A stretch of 64,000 nt of DNA from the human T2T-CHM13v2.0 reference genome, Homo sapiens: NCBI RefSeq assembly GCF_009914755.1, contig NC_060931.1, one strand, 5' to 3'. Shown one piece after another: positions 63,099 through 64,000 of this stretch. Position numbers and translations under genes: made by a program. The notes under the pieces were generated by a model. The model had not been told where the DNA came from and searched no databases. It worked only from the letters and a program-made list of their open reading frames with translations. The first letter of the stretch is position 1. The number at the start of each line of letters is the position of its first letter.

Positions 63099-64000
63099 TG
63101 TTTTGCCATTTTTCCTGGTGGCTGTAACTTGGCATAAGTGGAGGGAAGGGAGGAGAGGAGGGGGAAGGGGAGAGGACTACCCCCAAAATTTGATCATCCA
63201 AGAGTAATCCAGTGTATACAAGGCCCAGTGGACTTTAAGATTCCAAAGGAGAAATATGAGAGTGGGCCTGAGTGAGCCTAGGATGGAACTCGAAAAGTAA
63301 ATTAGAAGTCTTGGCCTTAAAGGATCTCCAGGGATCATGGAAACTGAGTGGAATCATGACCTTCCTATTGTACCTTGGGAGCACCTACCAGATATCCCAA
63401 AACATTGACTGCAGAGAGCATTTCATCCCAGGTAACTACAAGTATATCCTTGGCTTCCAGGATCCCATCCCCTAATACTTCTGGATATTCCAAACCATCA
63501 GTCCCAGCCAGACCAGATAACCAATTCAAGGTAACCCTCATGTCCTCGAGGTTCTGTTGATTGTCACAATCCCAGTGTCCATTTTCATATTGGTCATAAT
63601 GTTCATTGCTATCAAAAGAAGATAATTCTTGCTAGGTCAGAAAATGAGTTTATGAAAAAGATGTTGAGCTGGTCATAGAATTCTTGTAAGGCTGGAGAAA
63701 CTAGAAAAGGTATCTGAAGCCATAGCATGCTGCATGACTGATGATGAAACTGCTGCCACTGTTGCTGCTGCCACCCCAGTGATGTCTCTTCCATGCCAGG
63801 GACATGACTTCGCAATTATTGCCACCTCTGAAAGCAGAGAGCTTTGCTGCTGTTCTCACCATCAAATGAGATTCCACTTTCAGCCCTCTTCCTCAAGTTG
63901 CCCACTTCTGCATCAAAGTTTCAACACCATTGGATTGGCTGTGTCCTCGCTACAAGGAAGACTGGAAATTGGACTTTTCTGGATTCTACCTTGAGGTCAG

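Larger units (their letters stand above)
58332..63120 (+). other. ADCYAP1R1: Long 3'UTR (~4.8 kb)
   Basis: First AATAAA I found after the stop is 63093-63098. Confidence 0.75.

Noticed and set aside
63180-64000. Possible downstream gene or LTR
   Set aside because: Only short ORFs without homology; may be an old LTR fragment but I cannot assign it by eye.

Overview
Human-type genomic DNA (one Alu, one primate L1, many MIR/L2/MER elements) containing the complete ADCYAP1R1 gene (PAC1, the class B1 GPCR for PACAP) on the + strand. A CpG-island promoter and non-coding exon 1 (donor after 4325) precede 15 core coding exons (ATG 14912 to TGA 58331). These splice at GT-AG sites to 1407 nt = 468 aa, the 'null' isoform. 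Two 84-nt third-intracellular-loop cassettes are present (hip 47316-47399; hop 51774/51777-51857), and a ~4.8-kb 3'UTR ends near AATAAA 63093. No other gene, RNA gene, CRISPR array or foreign insert is evident; almost all other ORFs in the track are noise from GC-rich or repeat sequence. I cannot support a wholly new biological system. The best leads concern RNA processing and regulation: a ~735-nt UG repeat abutting skippable exon 4, a triple alternative palindrome in the 3'UTR, a nuclear-receptor half-site cluster behind hip, an RE1-like element in exon 1, long in-frame intronic read-through ORFs after exons 4 and 5, and evidence that the historical 525-aa human PAC1 N-terminus is an inversion artefact of exon 1. 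Repeat family names and boundaries were assigned by eye and are approximate.
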